From Chthoniobacteraceae bacterium (GTDB lineage: Bacteria > Verrucomicrobiota > Verrucomicrobiia > Chthoniobacterales > Chthoniobacteraceae), in the NCBI GenBank assembly GCA_031409335.1, contig JANNWY010000040.1:1-11954 (forward strand): DNA of 11,954 bases. Reading direction: 5' to 3'. The first letter of the stretch is position 1; the number at the start of each line of letters is the position of its first letter. Position numbers and translations under genes: made by a program. The notes under the pieces are model-generated. The model was given only the letters and a program-made list of their open reading frames with translations. It did not search any database and had not been told where the DNA came from. Positions 9,218-11,954 of the stretch are shown here, in pieces.

Positions 9218-10684
9218 ATGAACTGCAACGACCACCACTTCCTCTCCCTCGCGAACAGCGCGCAGCGCGACATCACGCGCCGCACTTTCCTCCAGCGCGC
9301 CGCGGGCGGCATCGGCCTCGCCGCGCTCGGCGGATTGCTAGGGCAGCGCGCGGATGCTGTGCCAGCCATGCTTCCCGGCTTTCCAAATTTTCCGCCGAAG
9401 GCGAAACGCATCATCTACCTCTTCCAAAGTGGCGCGCCGTCGCAGATGGATCTCTTCGATCCGAAGCCGGAGCTGGCAAAGCGGCGCGGCGAGGATTTGC
9501 CCGAGTCGATCCGCAAAGGTCAGCGGCTCACGACGATGACTTCGGGGCAAAAATCATTTCCCGTCGCGCCGAGTATTTTCAAATTCGCGCAGCACGGAAA
9601 CAGCGGCGCGTGGTTCAGCGAACTGATGCCGCACATTTCGGCGCGGGCGGACGATTGGTGCATGATCCGCTCGCTGCACACCGAGGCGATCAATCACGAT
9701 CCGGCGATCACTTTCATGCAAACCGGCTCGCAACTCGCGGGACGCCCGAGCATCGGCGCATGGATGAGCTACGGGCTCGGCAGCGTGAACTCGGAGCTGC
9801 CGTCGTACGTCGTGCTCACCAGTTTTGGCAGCGGACGCAAAGACGACCAGCCGCTCTACGACCGGCTGTGGAGCGCGGGCTTTCTCCCCGCGAAATATCA
9901 GGGCGTGAAATTCCGCAACAAGGGCGAGCCCGTGCTCTATCTCGGCAACCCGCCGGGCATGGATCGCGCAATGCGGCGCGGTTCGCTGGATGAACTCGCG
10001 GCGCTCAATCAGCACCGGCACGACGCCCTCGGCGACCCGGAAATCCAGACGCGCATCGCGCAGTACGAACTCGCCTTCCGAATGCAGGCGAGCGTGCCGG
10101 AACTCGCGGACATTTCCAACGAACCCGCGAGCGTCCTCGAAAGCTACGGCCCCGAAGTAAAGACGCCCGGCACCTATGCCGCAAACTGCCTGCTCGCGCG
10201 CCGGCTCTGCGAACGCGACGTCCGCTTCGTGCAGCTTTTCCACATGGGCTGGGATCATCACGGCGGCCTGCCCGCGGCAATCAAGGGCCAGTGCAGCGAC
10301 ACGGACCAGCCGACGGCGGCGTTGCTTCAGGATTTGAAACAGCGCGGGATGCTTGATGACACGCTCATCGTCTGGGGCGGCGAATTCGGGCGCACGACTT
10401 ACTCGCAGGGGACGCTCACCGAGACGAACTACGGGCGCGACCATCACCCACGCTGCTTCACCGTGCTCATGGCTGGAGCCGGTGTAAAAAAGGGCGTGAC
10501 CTTTGGCGCGACCGACGACTTTTGCTACAACATCACCGAAAATCCGGTCCACGTGCATGATCTCAACACGACGATCCTGCACCTCATGGGCGTCGATCAC
10601 ACGCGCTTGACCTATCGCGCGCAAGGCCGCGATTTCCGGCTCACCGACATCCACGGCGAACTCGTGAAAGGCGTCCTCGCTTAA
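9218..10684 (+). CDS. DUF1501 domain protein (Tat-exported, sulfatase-like fold), usual partner of DUF1549/DUF1553 proteins
   Basis: TRRTFLQ Tat motif; KAKRIIYLFQSGAPSQMDLFDPKP, RPSIGAWMSYGLGS, CLLARRLCERDVRFVQ, WDHH, DQPTAALLQDLKQRGMLDDTLIVWGGEFGRT, GRDHHP, VHVHDL, GRDFRLTD. Confidence 0.93.
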   Translation: MNCNDHHFLSLANSAQRDITRRTFLQRAAGGIGLAALGGLLGQRADAVPAMLPGFPNFPPKAKRIIYLFQSGAPSQMDLFDPKPELAKRRGEDLPESIRKGQRLTTMTSGQKSFPVAPSIFKFAQHGNSGAWFSELMPHISARADDWCMIRSLHTEAINHDPAITFMQTGSQLAGRPSIGAWMSYGLGSVNSELPSYVVLTSFGSGRKDDQPLYDRLWSAGFLPAKYQGVKFRNKGEPVLYLGNPPGMDRAMRRGSLDELAALNQHRHDALGDPEIQTRIAQYELAFRMQASVPELADISNEPASVLESYGPEVKTPGTYAANCLLARRLCERDVRFVQLFHMGWDHHGGLPAAIKGQCSDTDQPTAALLQDLKQRGMLDDTLIVWGGEFGRTTYSQGTLTETNYGRDHHPRCFTVLMAGAGVKKGVTFGATDDFCYNITENPVHVHDLNTTILHLMGVDHTRLTYRAQGRDFRLTDIHGELVKGVLA

Positions 10685-10850
10685 ACGCCCATGATAACGG
10701 GCTTCACAGCTTCACACTTGTCTTACCTGCCAGACATCCCTCGCCTCATACGGGCTCAAGCTACTACCAACTGACTAGCGCGAAGCAGCTCGCGGAATCT
10801 ACCAGCGCCCGTTGGCTGCTTGACGACCGTAGCCATCACCAAGTTTTTCA

Positions 10851-10875
10851 AACTTAGTGGTTGACGACCTAAGTT
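10851..10875. promoter_or_regulatory. Inverted repeat AACTTAG-N11-CTAAGTT straddling the -35 box; candidate operator
   Basis: Perfect 7-bp arms at 10851-10857 and 10869-10875. Confidence 0.4.
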
Positions 10876-10889
10876 CAGAGGCTTACTTT
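10861..10889 (+). promoter_or_regulatory. Sigma70-type promoter for the leader/ncRNA/tRNA operon
   Basis: TTGACG (10861-10866), 17 nt, TACTTT (10884-10889); predicted start near 10896, just before the ATG at 10908. Confidence 0.7.
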
Positions 10890-10907
10890 GTTATTCCTTC
10901 ACTTCCA

Positions 10908-11075
10908 ATGACATCAACCGGAACATATCCAAACCATTCGCAAGCGACCTCGTGGTTGCGTTGCGCGGGTATGTCCGTGCGCATTGGCAAACCCGGATTC
11001 GGGTTCGGCGTCCAGGCAACCAATACGCGGCCGAGTTCCGCGAACGAAGGCCTTACCAAGGAGGCCAGCAGGTAG
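10908..11075 (+). CDS. Putative attenuator leader peptide, 55 aa (MTSTGTYPNHSQATSWLRCAGMSVRIGKPGFGFGVQATNTRPSSANEGLTKEASR)
   Basis: First ATG after the predicted promoter; its TAG (11073-11075) lies inside the segment complementary to the 5' arm of the downstream terminator. Confidence 0.55.
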   Translation: MTSTGTYPNHSQATSWLRCAGMSVRIGKPGFGFGVQATNTRPSSANEGLTKEASR

Positions 11076-11122
11076 TTCAAGATCTGACACAGATCATCGA
11101 AATTTCGAGAACCCTGCCGGCC
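11049..11122 (+). promoter_or_regulatory. Attenuator alternative helices (anti-antiterminator and antiterminator)
   Basis: GGCCTT 11049-11054 pairs with GAGGCC 11061-11066. Alternatively GGCCAGCAGG-TA-GTTC 11063-11078 pairs with GAACCCTGCCGGCC 11109-11122 (13 bp, one A.C mismatch, 2-nt bulge). Confidence 0.7.
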
Positions 11123-11147
11123 TGAAAGCCAGCAGGGTTCTTCGTTT
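11107..11147 (+). terminator. Intrinsic terminator-like hairpin (conditional)
   Basis: AGAACCCTGC-C-GGC / CTGAAA loop / GCC-A-GCAGGGTTCT, ending in an interrupted U-rich tail (TTCTTCGTTT). Confidence 0.75.
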
Positions 11148-11159
11148 CCGGGTGATGAA

Positions 11160-11675
11160 CCAGTTTTCTAGTCGCGGCCCGATGGCCGCAAAACCAAAGC
11201 AACCAAACTGATCGACCAACACATTTGAACCACAACGTGGGCGATAAAAACCCCGCCGTCAGCGCAAACTGACGATGGGGCGGAACGCACGGCGCGGCAG
11301 CGCACTCCTACTAACGCGGAGCGCTTACCGCATAGCCGCCGGCGCGGCAATCGGTCACCAATCCAGATAAGTCCCTAGCGGAGACGCCGGTGAGTTAGTA
11401 ACCTCGCAAACGGTGGCAGCTCACGGAGTAACTGTCAAGCCAGTCAATCTTACGATGACTAGCTAGCGGATCTGTATTGTCTGATTCCTCGCCCTGACTT
11501 CTCCAGTCCAGAGGCTTCGCATGACTAACTATGTCATGCACCGGGAGGTGTGCCTGAAACACCGAAAGAACCGCCGTGAAATAATCCTGCGGGTGCGAAC
11601 TCAAGTTCCGAGTTGGCAGCGGTGTTTGTTCTTTTTTGTCGTATGCGGCGCGGGTGTCACAACCCGCGCCGCCCA
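11160..11675 (+). ncRNA. Candidate large multi-domain structured RNA(s) upstream of the tRNA array (family unassigned; context like GOLLD/ROOL)
   Basis: More than a dozen helices by eye, including nested long-range stems 11209-11215/11351-11357, 11360-11378/11463-11486, 11390-11396/11418-11424 and 11570-11574/11619-11623; GAGA and GCAA loops, AGUA motifs, G.U pairs on the + strand; no convincing protein ORF. Boundaries approximate. Confidence 0.6.
11645..11675 (+). other. Perfect 11-bp GC-rich hairpin followed by CCA
   Basis: GCGGCGCGGGT-GTCACA-ACCCGCGCCGC-CCA, 3 nt before the first tRNA. Confidence 0.8.
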
Positions 11676-11678
11676 TTT

Positions 11679-11752
11679 GCGGTCATCGTCCAAGAGCAGG
11701 ATGCCTGAACGCCAATCAGGCGATGCCGGTGCAATTCCGGCTGACCGCACCA
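11679..11752 (+). tRNA. tRNA-Gly(GCC), non-canonical
   Basis: Acceptor GCGGTCA/TGACCGC, D stem GTCC/GGAT, anticodon stem CCTGA/TCAGG with loop AC-GCC-AA (anticodon 11711-11713), T stem GCCGG/CCGGC with loop TGCAATT, A73, encoded CCA. Confidence 0.88.
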
Positions 11753-11770
11753 TTTTCAAGTACCCACAAC

Positions 11771-11844
11771 ACGGCGGGCGCCAGCTTGCGCAGCTTGGTC
11801 TCCAGAACCTTGCGGGCTCGGGGCAGCACCGAGACGCCGTGCCA
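11771..11844 (+). tRNA. tRNA-Trp(CCA), degenerate/non-canonical
   Basis: Acceptor ACGGCG/CGCCGT (A1-U72, G73, G7.A66 mismatch), D arm GCGC-CAGCTT-GCGC, anticodon arm TTGGT-CT-CCA-GA-ACCTT (anticodon 11802-11804, two U.U pairs), T arm CTCGG-GGCAGCA-CCGAG, encoded CCA. Confidence 0.75.
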
Positions 11845-11855
11845 TTTCTTCAAAT

Positions 11856-11931
11856 CGCGGGGGAGCCAGGTGGGAAGGCAGCGGCCTCATAAGCCGTCAA
11901 TGAGCGGGTTCGATTCCCGCCCCCGCCACCA
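11856..11931 (+). tRNA. tRNA-Met(CAT), initiator-like
   Basis: Acceptor CGCGGGG/CCCCGCC with C1.C72 mismatch, D arm GCC-AGGTGGGAA-GGC, anticodon arm GCGGC-CT-CAT-AA-GCCGT (anticodon 11888-11890), T arm GCGGG-TTCGATT-CCCGC, A73, encoded CCA. Confidence 0.9.
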
Positions 11932-11938
11932 ATTTCAT

Positions 11939-11954
11939 GGGCCGCTCGATCATT
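11939..11954 (+). tRNA. Probable 5' end of a fourth tRNA, truncated by the window edge
   Basis: After a 7-nt AT-rich spacer (ATTTCAT), GGGCCGC-TC-GATC-ATT fits acceptor strand, positions 8-9 and D stem. Identity cannot be determined. Confidence 0.45.

Noticed and set aside
10691..10774. 27-codon ORF after the DUF1501 gene
   Set aside because: Too short, atypical codon usage and no motif.
10910..11100. Possible 6S RNA, T-box or metabolite riboswitch
   Set aside because: No long rod with a central bubble, no TGGNACCGCG T-box sequence and no aptamer consensus that I recognise; a uORF attenuator explains it better. A cmscan would settle it.
11309..11315. TACTAAC, the yeast branch-point consensus
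   Set aside because: Bacterial context; coincidental, and better explained as a hairpin loop.
11519..11539. GCATGAC-N7-GTCATGC as a DNA operator of an internal promoter
   Set aside because: No convincing -35/-10 pair nearby; treated as an RNA hairpin of the structured region, though an operator role is not excluded.
11521..11892. 123-aa + strand ORF
   Set aside because: It runs through the tRNA genes and has atypical codons. Translation of its 5' part as a second leader is not excluded but is unsupported.
11856..11931. Possible tmRNA 3' end (GGTTCGATTCCCGCC...CCACCA)
   Set aside because: It folds as a complete 76-nt tRNA with a CAT anticodon and has no G3.U70 alanine determinant.

Overview
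GC-rich bacterial DNA, most consistent with a PVC-superphylum organism, probably Verrucomicrobiota. This is inferred from the PSD1/PSCyt and DUF1501 gene pair and the pyrimidine-rich, SD-less start contexts. Left part (minus strand): the start of an alternative complex III operon, actA-actB-actC (actC runs off the window), with a perfect Rex/CRP-type palindrome over its candidate promoter. Middle: a large PSCyt1/DUF1549/DUF1553 gene and its usual DUF1501 partner, separated by an antisense AbrB-type antitoxin plus PIN (VapC-like) toxin module. The right end (about 10850-11954) has no credible large protein gene and is the most interesting part. It reads as one non-coding operon: sigma70-like promoter with an overlapping inverted repeat, a 55-codon leader ORF whose stop codon lies in a 1:2/2:3/3:4 attenuator, about 500 nt of densely base-paired multi-domain RNA, and then a tight array of CCA-encoding non-canonical tRNAs (Gly-GCC, Trp-CCA, fMet-like CAT, and probably a fourth cut by the window edge). 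All structures were derived by eye; no folding or database search was run.
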